From: an uncultured Desulfobacter sp.
Lineage (GTDB): Bacteria; Desulfobacterota; Desulfobacteria; Desulfobacterales; Desulfobacteraceae
Direction: 5' to 3'
DNA: 64,000 nucleotides
Assembly (NCBI GenBank): GCA_963665095.1
Contig: OY762069.1
Span: 576,001-640,000 of the forward strand
Under the pieces are notes generated by a model. It searched no databases. It was not told the DNA's origin and saw only the letters and a program-made list of their open reading frames with translations. The position numbers were made by a program, and so were the translations under genes. Positions 30,630 to 41,705 of the stretch are shown in pieces (the stretch's first letter is position 1; every line of letters starts with the position of its first letter).

Positions 30630-30660
30630 AAAACAGGGCTGTTTCCGGCCCTGTTTTATT
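30630..30660 (+). terminator. Intrinsic terminator of the GRE/beta-oxidation operon
   Basis: AAAACAGGGC-loop-GCCCTGTTTT followed by a T-rich tract. Confidence 0.75.
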
Positions 30661-30837
30661 CCTTTCTTCCCTTTTTTAGTTTAATGATTAGTGGTACTAT
30701 TGAATTAAGTATACCAATCTCTTAACAACAATTCTATCGCTTAAGATCCATTGCACAGGAGCGCTGCATTTTTCCCATGCGCTCCAGGATGGTCATAAAA
30801 GCTTCGATTCAGAGGAATGGCGGGAGGATAAAAAAGG

Positions 30838-33800
30838 GTGACTCGCAAGCCAAGTTATAAAGACCTCGAAACCCAGGTTCATCAATTAAGGGAAGAATTG
30901 CAAAATCTTGCACAGGCTAAAGATGATCTGGAAAAAAGCGAGAAGCGGTATCGATCCATGGTCGAAGCCAGTTCCGACTGGTTGTGGGAAATAGATGCCA
31001 ATGGACGATATATCTATTCCAGTCCTAGAATTCGCGAACTCCTTGGCTATGAACCGGAAGAGGTGATAGGGCTTTTGCCTTTGGATCTTATGACCAGGGA
31101 GGAGGTACAGCGGTTGGAGGCTGGCTTTGGTGAGGTTGTAGGAAATCAGCAGCCATTTACCTTGCTTGAAAATGAGAATCTTCACCGGGACGGCCGGCGG
31201 GTGGTTCTTGAGACCAGCGGGGTGCCGGTCTTTGACTCCGGCGGGACGTTTATGGGCTATCGGGGTGTGGACCGGGACATCACCCAGCGAAAACTCATTG
31301 AAGAGGCCTTGCGAAAATCCCGCCGTGATCTTGAAGTGCGGGTGGAGGAACGTACCGCAGAGCTGTCATCCATGAACGCTGTGTTAGAGGCGGAAATCAC
31401 CGAGCGGAAACGGGCGGAGGAGAGACTGTCCCGCAGACAGCGGCAACTGCAGAAGGCTGTTTTCGATCTGGAACAGGCCAGCAATGTGCTGCAGCTGATC
31501 ATAGAATCCATTCCTGTCAGAGTCTTCTGGAAAGACCGTGATTTGACTTATCTGGGGTGCAATAAACTGTTTGCCCGTGATGCCGGATTAAACCATCCGC
31601 AGGAGCTTGTCGGAAAGGATGATTTTGCCATGGGCTGGAATAAGGATGCCAAGGCCTATCGTGCGGATGACCAGCAGGTCATGGCATCCGGCCGTTCCAA
31701 AATAAATTTTGTGGAATTGCAGACCACCCCGGATGGCTCGCAGATCTGGTTAAGTACCAGCAAGGTGCCGCTGCGTTCCGCAGACGGTGAGATCTTCGGG
31801 GTGCTGGGGATATACGAAGATATCACCGCGCGCAAACAGGCTGAGGATGAGCTCAAACAGGCAAAAGAGATGGCTGAGGAAGCAACAAAAGCCAAATCTG
31901 AGTTCCTGGCAAACATGAGCCATGAAATACGTACCCCCATGAATGCCATCATCGGGCTTTCACATCTGCTCAGTGGCACATCCTTAACCCGCAAACAATC
32001 GGATTATCTTGCCAAAATCAGTGCCGGCGCCCAAAACCTTCTGGGTATTATCAATGACATTCTGGATTTTTCAAAGATAGAGGCCGGGAAACTGCATATT
32101 GATTACACGGCCTTTGACCTGGAAACTGTGTTTGACGGCCTGTCCAATCTGATAAACATCAAGGCGGTTGAAAAGGGGATTGAGCTGGTATTTGACATAT
32201 CAGGCGATGTCCCTTTGCTGCTGAAAGGCGATCCATTGCGTCTGGGACAGATTTTGCTGAATCTGGCTAATAATGCGGTTAAATTTACCGAACGGGGTGA
32301 AATCAAAATCAGCGCCAGAGTGGAGGAACGATGGGAAAAAAGTGTGTTATTATATTTCAGCGTCACAGATACCGGCATCGGCATGACTGAGGTACAAAAG
32401 AAAAAGCTGTTTCAGGCCTTTTCCCAGGCCGATACCTCCATCTCCCGCAAATATGGGGGCACGGGGCTGGGGTTGACCATTTGTAAAAACTTAAGCGAGC
32501 TGATGGGCGGAACCATCGGGGTAAACAGCAGTTACGGCAAAGGCTGTGAGTTCTTTTTTACGGTGCAGGTGGATATTCAGGAACAGGTTCAAATCAAAAG
32601 AGAGATTATCCCCAATGTATTGAAAGACCTCAGAGCCCTGGTGGTAGACGATAACAGATCGGCGCGGCGTGTGATGGAAAAATATTTAGACCATTTTGCT
32701 TTCCGTGTTGATTCCGTTGAGTCAGGGGAGCATGCAGTCCGGTGCGTTTCAGATGCCCTGCAGGGGAATGATCCGTACAAGTTGATTATTATGGACTGGA
32801 AAATGGGGGGCATGAATGGTGTTGATGCATCGAAAAAGATTCTGGCGCTGGCAGACCAGAAAGTCGCGCCCAGAATTATCATGGCCACAGGTTATGGGCG
32901 TGAAGACGTGATGGCGCAGGCCAGGGCTGCAGGCATAGACTCGTTTCTGATTAAACCCGTGAGCCAGTCTTTGATGTTTGATACCATCATAGACGCATTG
33001 GGGGTAAGTGTGTCAGACACCAGTGATGCTGCGCACAGAAAAATCCTTGAAAATTATGAACTGGATCCCATCCGGGGGGCCAGGATTCTGCTGGTTGAGG
33101 ATAATGAAGTGAACCAGCAGGTTGCGGTGGAGCTGCTGGAATCCGAGCAGTTTATTGTTGATGTTGCAGCCGACGGGCGACAGGGTGTGGACAAATACCT
33201 GGCTTCTGCCGAAACACCCTACGACATTATATTGATGGATCTGCAGATGCCAGTGATGGACGGCATTACCGCAGCAAAACTGATTATTCAGAATTCAGCA
33301 TTTGCAGTGCCTCCGGTCATTGCCATGACCGCGGATGCCATGAGCGGTGTTGATAAAAAGGTGCTGGATGTGGGGATGAAAGATTATGTGACAAAACCCA
33401 TCAATATAACCCGATTTTTTCAAACATTGAGGAAATGGATCCAGCCGGGGGAAAGAACAGTCATAGAAAAAAACAAAATCCCAAATGACGGCCCGGCCAT
33501 CCGTATCCCTGACATTGAAGGCGTGAATGTCCGGGACGGATTAAAAAGGATCGGTGGCGATCCCGCAGCCTATGTAAAGGTACTTAAATCGTTTATAACC
33601 CGTCACGCAGAGTTTGCCGGGCAGGTGATGGACGCCTTGGAAAATAATGACCGGCAGACAGCGATTCGTTTGGCCCATACCCTGAAAGGTGTTGCCGGTA
33701 ATATCGGAGCCATGGGGCTGGCCGGCAGCAGCCGGGAACTGGAAAGCCGGCTGCGGACAGGAGATGGGGCGGTTCAATTGATTGATGAATACCTTAAAAA

Positions 33801-34134
33801 TACGGACGCGGAGCTGCAGCAGGTTATTGCAGCCGTTACAATGGCGCTGCAAAAGATCAGGATGCCGGAATCTGGAAAAAACTGCCCCAATGATGCGGAA
33901 CGCCTTAACATGCTTGTTCGCCAATTGGAAACCGCGTTGCAGGACTATGATACACAATCTTCCGAGATAGTGGCGCAACTGGAAGGCATGTCAGACAACG
34001 CTGATTTCGTAAAGACCGTTTCTGACATGCGAAAAGCCATTGATGCCTATGACTACCAACGGGCACTGGAACTCATTAATGATTTAAAGGGAAACATTGA
34101 GGGGGGGGGTGCCCTGAAGGGATATGACCATTAA
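30838..34134 (+). CDS. Cytoplasmic hybrid histidine kinase (2 PAS, HisKA, HATPase, 2 REC, Hpt)
   Basis: FLANMSHEIRTPMN, GGTGLGL, IIMDWKM, ILMDLQMP, AHTLKGVAGNIG. Confidence 0.95.
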   Translation: MTRKPSYKDLETQVHQLREELQNLAQAKDDLEKSEKRYRSMVEASSDWLWEIDANGRYIYSSPRIRELLGYEPEEVIGLLPLDLMTREEVQRLEAGFGEVVGNQQPFTLLENENLHRDGRRVVLETSGVPVFDSGGTFMGYRGVDRDITQRKLIEEALRKSRRDLEVRVEERTAELSSMNAVLEAEITERKRAEERLSRRQRQLQKAVFDLEQASNVLQLIIESIPVRVFWKDRDLTYLGCNKLFARDAGLNHPQELVGKDDFAMGWNKDAKAYRADDQQVMASGRSKINFVELQTTPDGSQIWLSTSKVPLRSADGEIFGVLGIYEDITARKQAEDELKQAKEMAEEATKAKSEFLANMSHEIRTPMNAIIGLSHLLSGTSLTRKQSDYLAKISAGAQNLLGIINDILDFSKIEAGKLHIDYTAFDLETVFDGLSNLINIKAVEKGIELVFDISGDVPLLLKGDPLRLGQILLNLANNAVKFTERGEIKISARVEERWEKSVLLYFSVTDTGIGMTEVQKKKLFQAFSQADTSISRKYGGTGLGLTICKNLSELMGGTIGVNSSYGKGCEFFFTVQVDIQEQVQIKREIIPNVLKDLRALVVDDNRSARRVMEKYLDHFAFRVDSVESGEHAVRCVSDALQGNDPYKLIIMDWKMGGMNGVDASKKILALADQKVAPRIIMATGYGREDVMAQARAAGIDSFLIKPVSQSLMFDTIIDALGVSVSDTSDAAHRKILENYELDPIRGARILLVEDNEVNQQVAVELLESEQFIVDVAADGRQGVDKYLASAETPYDIILMDLQMPVMDGITAAKLIIQNSAFAVPPVIAMTADAMSGVDKKVLDVGMKDYVTKPINITRFFQTLRKWIQPGERTVIEKNKIPNDGPAIRIPDIEGVNVRDGLKRIGGDPAAYVKVLKSFITRHAEFAGQVMDALENNDRQTAIRLAHTLKGVAGNIGAMGLAGSSRELESRLRTGDGAVQLIDEYLKNTDAELQQVIAAVTMALQKIRMPESGKNCPNDAERLNMLVRQLETALQDYDTQSSEIVAQLEGMSDNADFVKTVSDMRKAIDAYDYQRALELINDLKGNIEGGGALKGYDH

Positions 34135-34979
34135 CGGGCCTGGGTTTTTTGTTCCAGAAAATTTCCCAGAAGGTTAAATGCGAGTACTGTGATCATGATA
34201 CATAGGCCCGGGAATATGGACAGATGAGGGGCCACAAACAGGTAATCCTTGCCTTCCATAAGAAGTGTTCCCCACTCCGGGGCCGGGGGCTGGACCCCGA
34301 ATCCCAGGAAGCCCAAAGATGAAACACTCAAAATTCCTTTAGCCATACCCACAGTGGCCAGCACGGTCATGGCCGGACGCACCGTGGGCAGGATGTGGCG
34401 GAAAATAATCGTCACAGGACTGACCCCGGAGAGTCGGGCCGATTTGACGTAAAGCGCCTCTGATGAGGCCAGTGCAATGCTCCGGGAGAGTCGTGCATAT
34501 TTGGTCCATGAAATACAGCTGATGGCAAAGATCAGGTTCAGGTTGCCTGCCCCCATAATGCCGGCCAGGGCAATGGCTGCCACCATCTCCGGGAAGGCCA
34601 GGAACATGTCTGTGATGCGCATGAACGCTTCGTCGGCCCAGCCTTTGAAATAACCTGCTGCAAGACCGATGGCCGTGCCAAGGCAGGCAGAAAGGGCCAC
34701 CGCGGCAAATCCAATGCCAATGGATGCCCTGGCCCCGCACAGAAGCCGGGAGAAGAGACATCGGCCCAAAGCATCACAGCCCATGGGGAAGGCAGGGCAG
34801 GGCGCCTGCAGCCGCATCTCCGGATGGGGAGCCACCGGGTCATTGGGGGCCAGCCACGGACCTGCCACCACGGCAACAACAACCAGGATCAGCACGACAA
34901 ATGCCAAGCTGGTTGCAGGGTTTCTTATCAGGGCCGCTGCCATGCGACCCGGGGATGGCAGTTTGCGGGCATGGTTCAT
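34131..34979 (-). CDS. ABC permease, DppC/NikC family
   Basis: GCDALGR, YVKSARLSG, LGFLGFGVQPPAPEWG. Confidence 0.93.
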   Translation of the reverse strand: MNHARKLPSPGRMAAALIRNPATSLAFVVLILVVVAVVAGPWLAPNDPVAPHPEMRLQAPCPAFPMGCDALGRCLFSRLLCGARASIGIGFAAVALSACLGTAIGLAAGYFKGWADEAFMRITDMFLAFPEMVAAIALAGIMGAGNLNLIFAISCISWTKYARLSRSIALASSEALYVKSARLSGVSPVTIIFRHILPTVRPAMTVLATVGMAKGILSVSSLGFLGFGVQPPAPEWGTLLMEGKDYLFVAPHLSIFPGLCIMITVLAFNLLGNFLEQKTQAR

Positions 34980-35914
34980 TTCAGACGAATCCTCGGGTCA
35001 AGTGTGCTGCAGATCAGATCCACGGCGAAATTGATGAAAACAAAGATGGCGCCGGTGAAGAGCACCACCCCCTGGATCAGGGGATAATCGCGGTTGCTGA
35101 TGGCATCCACCATGAGACTGCCAAGCCCTGGCCAGGAAAACACCACCTCGGTGATCACCGCCCCTTCAAGGATCAGGCCGAATTCCAGCCCCACAATGGT
35201 AATCAGCGGGATCAACGTATTTTTAATCACATGTTTTGCCAGTACTTTCGGGCTTTGGGTGCCCCTGGCCCGCAAGGCCAGAATGTGTTCTGACTCAAGG
35301 CTCTGGATAATGGAAAGACGCAGCAGGCGTGCAATATAGGCAGTGATGGAGGTGCCCAGGGTCAACGCCGGCATGATCATGTGCAGGAAGCTGCCTGTGC
35401 CGAAGCTGGGCAGCCAGTGCAGATTGACGCTGAAAAGGGTTATCAGCAGAAGTCCCAGCCAGAAATTGGGGATGGAGAGCCCCAGCACAGACAGGGAGAC
35501 GGATGCCGAATCCATGAAGGTCCCCCTGCCAAGGCCCGCCAGGGTGCCCAAAGGAAGGGAGACGGCCAGGGCAATGAGTATGGAGACCGCCGCCAGTTCA
35601 AAGGTTTTGGAAAATCTTGTGCCGATCAGATCCCGTACCTTTGCCTCCTCCACCAGGGAGTACCCGAAATCAAGTTTGACCACATGCCCCAGCCACCGGC
35701 CGTACTGCACCAGAAAGGGCTGGTCCAGGCCCTCTTTTTCCCGGATCCATTCCACTGTGGCGTCATCCAGCTGTGATTCCCCGCCGTACCGGGCCACGGC
35801 AATCTCTCTGGCCGCATCCCCCGGGGCCAGAAGAATCATGGCATAGGTGAGAAACGAGGCCCCGATCAGCACCAGGAGCATGCCTGCGGTTTTCTTTATC
35901 AGGAAGCCTGGCAT
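34976..35914 (-). CDS. ABC permease, DppB/NikB family
   Basis: GLDQPFLVQY, PNFWLG, EVVFSWPGLG, RDYPLIQG. Confidence 0.93.
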   Translation of the reverse strand: MPGFLIKKTAGMLLVLIGASFLTYAMILLAPGDAAREIAVARYGGESQLDDATVEWIREKEGLDQPFLVQYGRWLGHVVKLDFGYSLVEEAKVRDLIGTRFSKTFELAAVSILIALAVSLPLGTLAGLGRGTFMDSASVSLSVLGLSIPNFWLGLLLITLFSVNLHWLPSFGTGSFLHMIMPALTLGTSITAYIARLLRLSIIQSLESEHILALRARGTQSPKVLAKHVIKNTLIPLITIVGLEFGLILEGAVITEVVFSWPGLGSLMVDAISNRDYPLIQGVVLFTGAIFVFINFAVDLICSTLDPRIRLK

Positions 35915-36903
35915 GTGTCTCCTTTGCCGGTGTTTGCAGGGGGCGGGGAATAAAGATGGCAGGATACAATGTGGCCTTTACCGATCTGAGCCGCTTCCGG
36001 CACCTGGATCCTGCACAGATCAAAGGCCCTGGGACACCGGGTGTGGAATATACAGCCCCGGGGCAGGTTCATGGCGGAAGGGGCATCACCTTCAAGCACC
36101 AGCCTTTTCCCCTTCCAGATGCCCGGCGTAAATGAGGCTGCGAGCAGCGCTTGGGTGTAAGGGTGGGCAGGTGCGGTCAAAATGGTTTCCTTTGGTGCCG
36201 TTTCCAGGATTCTACCCAGATAGATAACCCCCACCCGGGTGGCCATGGCCTTGACCAGGGCCATATCATGGGTGATGATAAAAAAGGTGATGGGATATTT
36301 TTCCTTAATCCGGCACAGTAAATCTGTAATTCTGTTTTTTATCAGGCTGTCCAGGGCGGTGAGGGGTTCATCCAGGATAAGCAGTTCAGGCATGGTGGCC
36401 AGAGACCGGGCAATACAGACCCGCTGGTTTTGTCCCCCGGATGCCTGGGCCGGCCGCCGTCTCAGCAGATCCTTGCTTAAACCGGTATCCCGGATGAGCG
36501 GTGCAAGAATTCTTTCGCGTTCCTGCCGGCTTATCCCCCTGGCAGCCAGAGGCTCTTCAATGGAACGACCAAGGGGCCTAAAAGGGCTTAATGCCTGGAC
36601 CGGGTCCTGGAACACCATCTGGGTCTGCTTAATAAGTGTCCTATGGATATTATCCCTGGATTTTGAAATTTTGTTGCCCTTGAATATGATATGGCCCTGC
36701 CTGAAGGGCAGAAGTCCGGTCATGGCCAGGGCCAGCGTGCTTTTGCCTGAGCCGCTTTCACCGATCAGACAGAAGGAATCCCCTTTGTTAAGGGTCAGGC
36801 AGGCCTGTTTCACCCCCCAGAACAAAGCGCCTTTCCCAAACCTGCCGGTCCGGCCCCGGAACGCCACGCCCAAATCCCGGATGTCGATCAGCGCGTTAGA
36901 CAC
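35899..36903 (-). CDS. ABC ATPase, OppF/DppF family
   Basis: GESGSGKS, SGGQNQR, LILDEP, HPYT, GCIFHTRCP. Confidence 0.93.
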   Translation of the reverse strand: MSNALIDIRDLGVAFRGRTGRFGKGALFWGVKQACLTLNKGDSFCLIGESGSGKSTLALAMTGLLPFRQGHIIFKGNKISKSRDNIHRTLIKQTQMVFQDPVQALSPFRPLGRSIEEPLAARGISRQERERILAPLIRDTGLSKDLLRRRPAQASGGQNQRVCIARSLATMPELLILDEPLTALDSLIKNRITDLLCRIKEKYPITFFIITHDMALVKAMATRVGVIYLGRILETAPKETILTAPAHPYTQALLAASFTPGIWKGKRLVLEGDAPSAMNLPRGCIFHTRCPRAFDLCRIQVPEAAQIGKGHIVSCHLYSPPPANTGKGDTCQAS

Positions 36904-37754
36904 AGGTCCTCCTTATGGATACCGGTATTGGATATGAATTGTCTGGTATAAGCATGTGCAGGCTTTGTAAAAAGGGTTTTCACATCACCTGTTTCAAGGA
37001 TGGTTCCCCTGCGCATCACCGAGACCCGGTCGCAGACATGGGCAGCCATGGCAAGATCATGGGTGATGAGAATAAATGCCGTGTGGCGGGTTTCTCTGAG
37101 TCGAGAAATCAGTTCAATGATCTGCAGGGCAATGGTGGGATCCAGGGCGGAAGTGACCTCGTCCAGGATCATGATGTCCGGAGTTGATAAAAGCGCCATG
37201 ACCAGCTGGGCCCGCTGGAGCATGCCCCGGCTCCATTCGTGGGGATATTGGCGGCACCGCTCTATTGGCGAGGAGATACCCACCTCTTCCAGCAGGCCAT
37301 ATACCCGGTCCATGGTCTGGGCTTTTTTAGGCAGAATGGACAGGGCATCTTTAAACTGGCTTGCCATGGTAAACACCGGGTCCATGGCCGACACAGGATT
37401 TTGTAACACCAGGCTGATTTTTTTCCCCCGGAAGGGGGCTGCGTCTCCGGCCGGCAGATCTGCCACATTGACCCCGTCCAGGGCAATGGCACCTGAAACG
37501 ATGCGGGCCGGGGCTTCCAGCCGGACAAGGCTTCTGGAAAAAAGGCTTTTACCGCATCCGGATTCTCCCACAAGACCGTGGATCTCTGCCTGCCCAAGGG
37601 TGAAATCCACATCATGCAGCAGCACACGATCCCCTTCTCTTGTGCGGACAGCCACCCCAAGGCCACTGACATTGAGAAGTGTCGGGCCGGACAGGTCCGG
37701 GTCTTCAGGGCATGGAGAGGGCAGGTCAGGGTCAGGCCGGTCAGGACAGGGCAT
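36888..37754 (-). CDS. ABC ATPase, OppD/DppD family
   Basis: GESGCGKS, YPHEWSRGMLQR, ILDEVTSALD, ITHDL. Confidence 0.92.
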   Translation of the reverse strand: MPCPDRPDPDLPSPCPEDPDLSGPTLLNVSGLGVAVRTREGDRVLLHDVDFTLGQAEIHGLVGESGCGKSLFSRSLVRLEAPARIVSGAIALDGVNVADLPAGDAAPFRGKKISLVLQNPVSAMDPVFTMASQFKDALSILPKKAQTMDRVYGLLEEVGISSPIERCRQYPHEWSRGMLQRAQLVMALLSTPDIMILDEVTSALDPTIALQIIELISRLRETRHTAFILITHDLAMAAHVCDRVSVMRRGTILETGDVKTLFTKPAHAYTRQFISNTGIHKEDLCLTR

Positions 37755-37758
37755 ACAG

Positions 37759-39348
37759 CTATTCTTTGTCTATGGTCCGGGTTAACAGATATTTTTCAGC
37801 CGGATGGATCCGGTATCCTTTGACACGGTTTGACATGGCGGTGACCATGGATTTATGAAACACCACGATTGCCGGGCTCTCTTCATAGATGATCAGCTGG
37901 GCCTGGTTGTACAGGTCTGCCCGCCTGGCCGGATCAAAACAGGTTTTGGCCTCTTTGAGCAGCTGGTCCAGTCTGGGGTTGCTATATCCCATGAAGTTGG
38001 ATCTGGCGCCTGTCATGAACACGTCCGATAAAAATGCATCCGGGTCCCCCTGGGGGGCTGCATTCCACATTTGAAGGTTTAAGTGAACCCTGCCCTTGCC
38101 CATGGCCTGGTTGATGGGGGAGCCCTTCTTGGTCACCCGGATGTGTGCGTCAATGCCGACCTGTGCCAGCTGGGACTTGATCAGCTCCAGGGTGGGCTTC
38201 AGGGAGGCCCGGGCCTCATAGGTCCACATCTCCAGATGCAGGGGTTTTCCGTCCTTTTCCCGGATTCCGTCCCCATCCTGATCCTTTGCGCCGGCTGATT
38301 CCAGCAGGGCAATTGCTTTTTCAGGGTCATGGGGGTAGGGGGACAACGCCGTATTACACCAGGGAAGCACCCTGGGAAAGACCGACGCCCCCGCCTCGCC
38401 GCCAATGGAGCCAAGGACAGAATCAATGATCTGATTGCGGTCAATGGCAGAATTCAATGCCTTTCGGACCAACGGATCTGCCAGGGGACCGTCTTTGACC
38501 CTGACAAAGAAAAAACATAAGCGGGCTGTTGGCTGGTGTGCAATGTTGCCCTTGCCTGCATTCCCCTGTTCCATCAGACGCAGGGCGTCCAGTTCCGGGA
38601 AATTGGTGGCGATGTCGATTTTGCCAGACTCAAAGGCCAGCATCCGGGACACAGGATTTTTAATGACAAAAAGTTCTGCCTTTTCAAGTTGTGGGCTGCC
38701 GTCCCAATAATTTTCAAAGGCCGTTACAACGGTTTTTTCGTTGGGAACCACCTTGTCAAGCTGGAACGGGCCTGTCCCTGCCAGGGTTTTTCCGGAAAGG
38801 TCCACCATGGCTGTTTCAGGAGACGTCAGATTATAGATAAATCCGGCATTGGGCTGCCGGGTCTCCACGGTCAGGGTGTGATCACCTGTCACCCTGATCT
38901 CTTTGATGTTCAATAGACCCTGGGCACGTTTGTTGAAAACCTCACTTTTTTCGTCAATCAGACGGTCCAGAGATGCTTTCACCGCCTTGGCTGTCAGGGG
39001 GACGCCTGTGTGAAAAGAGATGTTATCCTTTAGCTCAATCTGCCAGAGTATTGGAGACAGGTTTTTAAACCCCTTGGCCAGCCAGGGCGTAAGGTGCATG
39101 CTAAAATCAAGGACAAACAGGGTTTCTGTAATGCCGGCTTCACTGGCATACCAGCCGTTGTCTCCTTTTGCCGGATCAAGGCTGGTACCGGAGGGGCCAA
39201 AGGGTTTGGCAACGGTAAAAGGCTCTGCCGCCAGGGCAAAAGATGCCCACAGGCAGAGCACAAGACAGATAAAGGCCCTGCCGGGCCGGGCAATAAGGCC
39301 CGGTCCGGCAGGAAACGGTTTTTTAAGCAATATATTCATACAAATCAC
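37759..39348 (-). CDS. ABC substrate-binding protein, family 5 (nickel/peptide)
   Basis: Signal peptide, LDPA, ETL, GTGPF, VRKALNSAIDR. Confidence 0.92.
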   Translation of the reverse strand: MICMNILLKKPFPAGPGLIARPGRAFICLVLCLWASFALAAEPFTVAKPFGPSGTSLDPAKGDNGWYASEAGITETLFVLDFSMHLTPWLAKGFKNLSPILWQIELKDNISFHTGVPLTAKAVKASLDRLIDEKSEVFNKRAQGLLNIKEIRVTGDHTLTVETRQPNAGFIYNLTSPETAMVDLSGKTLAGTGPFQLDKVVPNEKTVVTAFENYWDGSPQLEKAELFVIKNPVSRMLAFESGKIDIATNFPELDALRLMEQGNAGKGNIAHQPTARLCFFFVRVKDGPLADPLVRKALNSAIDRNQIIDSVLGSIGGEAGASVFPRVLPWCNTALSPYPHDPEKAIALLESAGAKDQDGDGIREKDGKPLHLEMWTYEARASLKPTLELIKSQLAQVGIDAHIRVTKKGSPINQAMGKGRVHLNLQMWNAAPQGDPDAFLSDVFMTGARSNFMGYSNPRLDQLLKEAKTCFDPARRADLYNQAQLIIYEESPAIVVFHKSMVTAMSNRVKGYRIHPAEKYLLTRTIDKE

Positions 39349-39350
39349 AA

Positions 39351-41657
39351 TTACAACGCTACAGACAGTGTGGCCATGACGGTGCGGCCGGGCTGTTCAT
39401 AGTATTCATAATACTCTTCATCAAACAGGTTGTCCACTGACAGGGTCAGGGCCACCTTTTTAACCGGCCGGTATGTTAACTGGACATCCACAAGCCAATA
39501 GTCTGTATAATCCTTGTAGGCACCCGTGGAGTAGGGATTTTTCTGGTCATCATATGCAATGTCAGAATATCTTAAGTTAACGGTAGCGTCCCAGAAACGG
39601 CTGAAGTATCCCAGCCAGAAGTTGAAAACATCTTCAGGCGTCTGGTCCACTGTCCAGCCATCTTTACCAAGGGCATTATCGGGATCATCATATTCAGACC
39701 AGGTGTGGGTGTAATGGATACCGCCTTTCAGATCCCACGGCAGGTTGGCCTCCACAGCCAGTTCAATGCCGTCTACTTCCGCTTCTGCAACGTTAAAATA
39801 GGTCCTTATATTTTGTTGTTTGGTGCTTGACCATCTTGTGGCGCTTGAAATAATATCGTCATAATCATTTTGAAAATAGGTGGCCTTGACACGCATCTGC
39901 CTGTTGAGAAACTGCCATTCCGTACCGATCTCCCAGGATGTATTTGTATAGGGATCCAGATCCGGATTCCCCTGGCCAACAGTTACGGTACCGTCACTTT
40001 CTGTAAAGCTGTATGTCCCCATTCTTTGGTACAGGGTGGGGGCGGTAAATGATTTGCCGTAAGACGCTCGCACTACGCCGTTTTCCGTCAGCCGGTAAAG
40101 CACAGATGCCTTGGGGCTGAACTCGCCGTCATCTATATCGTCCGAGGATGAGGTGCCTGTGGAACTGGTATAATAAGAGGTATCCGTAGCCCACCAGTGG
40201 TCATACCGGCCACCGAGATACATGGTAAGGGGCGCAAATGGCGTGTATTCAGCCTGGACAAAGGTACCCCAGGTCAGGCTTTCCCCAGAATTCCGGGTGC
40301 TGACAGTGGTCCAGCTGTCCCAGTCGCTGGCACTGGATAAGTTATATTTCGTGTCCTCAGCGGTCTCTTTGACGCCCTGGGTGCCCACGGTCAACAGCAT
40401 CTGGTTGTCCATCATATGAAAGGTGGCAGACAGGTCGCCCTGAAACAGATCGTTATCTTTTACTGTGGTTGATGCCGAGGTATTGGAGTGCTCCTGATTC
40501 TCCTTATCACTGTAACCAATAAGGGCATTGATATCTACCTGGTTGGGTACGGAGTAGTCATAATGAAGGGTGTGTACATAGGATTCCTTCTGATATCCTG
40601 TTCTTTCAAAGGCAGTACTGTCCAAATCAACTTCATAGTAGTCGGAACCAATCTGGTAGTAGGCCGTGCCCGAGGTAATGGCGTTGCCGCCGGCATCGGT
40701 TAAGGTGCTTCCGCCGCCTTTCCATCCGTACTCCAGGTGGCTGATGTTCAGGCTGTACCAGATTTTTGAAAAGTCGGAAAATTCATATCCGGTTTTCAAG
40801 AATGCGCCATGGTCTTCGTACCAGTTATCTCCCATGGTTCCTAAATATACCCGGGTTTTACCATTGGTGGGGTCAATGTCAGTGGTCACGTTTGTGGCAA
40901 CGGGAACTGATGAATCAATGCTGCTTACCGGGGTGCCCGGACTGGTCGTTACCGGATAGGTTTCATAGCCGTCTGTGGTCCGGTATTTAAAACTCATGGA
41001 GTAGAAAAATTTGTCGCCAAGGTTTTTTTCAGCCCAGGAGAACTCTTGTGTCCCTTCTGCCGGGCTGAATGGCCGGTCAGCAATGCGGGCACTGTAATAC
41101 TGGGTGTTGTTGGAGCCAAAGGTAAGGGATGCTTCTGCCTCAGTCTTATAAGGCACCTTGGTAATATAGTTGATAACGCCGGTCTGGGCCAGTGTTCCGT
41201 AGAGGGCTGAAAAAGGGCCGCGGACCACTTCGATTTTGTCAATATCCTTCATGGGGATGGCGCCGGTGTCATAGTACTGGGCATAATCGTACCAGGTCAG
41301 ACCATCCACCAGGATCAGGGCAGATTGCCCGCGCATCATCGGTTTTGCCCAGTAGTCACACAGACCGTTGTAATGGCGGGGATAGATGCCCTCTGCACGG
41401 AACAGCGGCTCAAAGGGATGATCTGTGTTAAAGGCGTCAATTTCACTTTTGGGAATCACCGAAACTGATGCCGGGGAATCCAGGGGTGCTTTGGGGGTTT
41501 TGGTGGCAATAACGGTCATGCCCTCAAGTTCTGTGCCCTTTTCTGATTCAAGGGTATTGGTTTCCGAGGTGGCTTTGCTGCTGTCCGTGGCCCAGGACGT
41601 GGCGCTCAGGGCCAGAAAAACCGCAAAGGTACACAATAACATCTTTACAAGTTTCAT
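39351..41657 (-). CDS. TonB-dependent outer-membrane receptor
   Basis: Signal peptide, MTVIATKT, IEVVRGPFSALYG, GNPDLDP, VDNLFDEEY, PGR. Confidence 0.93.
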   Translation of the reverse strand: MKLVKMLLCTFAVFLALSATSWATDSSKATSETNTLESEKGTELEGMTVIATKTPKAPLDSPASVSVIPKSEIDAFNTDHPFEPLFRAEGIYPRHYNGLCDYWAKPMMRGQSALILVDGLTWYDYAQYYDTGAIPMKDIDKIEVVRGPFSALYGTLAQTGVINYITKVPYKTEAEASLTFGSNNTQYYSARIADRPFSPAEGTQEFSWAEKNLGDKFFYSMSFKYRTTDGYETYPVTTSPGTPVSSIDSSVPVATNVTTDIDPTNGKTRVYLGTMGDNWYEDHGAFLKTGYEFSDFSKIWYSLNISHLEYGWKGGGSTLTDAGGNAITSGTAYYQIGSDYYEVDLDSTAFERTGYQKESYVHTLHYDYSVPNQVDINALIGYSDKENQEHSNTSASTTVKDNDLFQGDLSATFHMMDNQMLLTVGTQGVKETAEDTKYNLSSASDWDSWTTVSTRNSGESLTWGTFVQAEYTPFAPLTMYLGGRYDHWWATDTSYYTSSTGTSSSDDIDDGEFSPKASVLYRLTENGVVRASYGKSFTAPTLYQRMGTYSFTESDGTVTVGQGNPDLDPYTNTSWEIGTEWQFLNRQMRVKATYFQNDYDDIISSATRWSSTKQQNIRTYFNVAEAEVDGIELAVEANLPWDLKGGIHYTHTWSEYDDPDNALGKDGWTVDQTPEDVFNFWLGYFSRFWDATVNLRYSDIAYDDQKNPYSTGAYKDYTDYWLVDVQLTYRPVKKVALTLSVDNLFDEEYYEYYEQPGRTVMATLSVAL

Positions 41658-41705
41658 CTTCTCTTTTCCTTAAATGGGTTTAAACAATAGAATCAACGAA
41701 ATGGT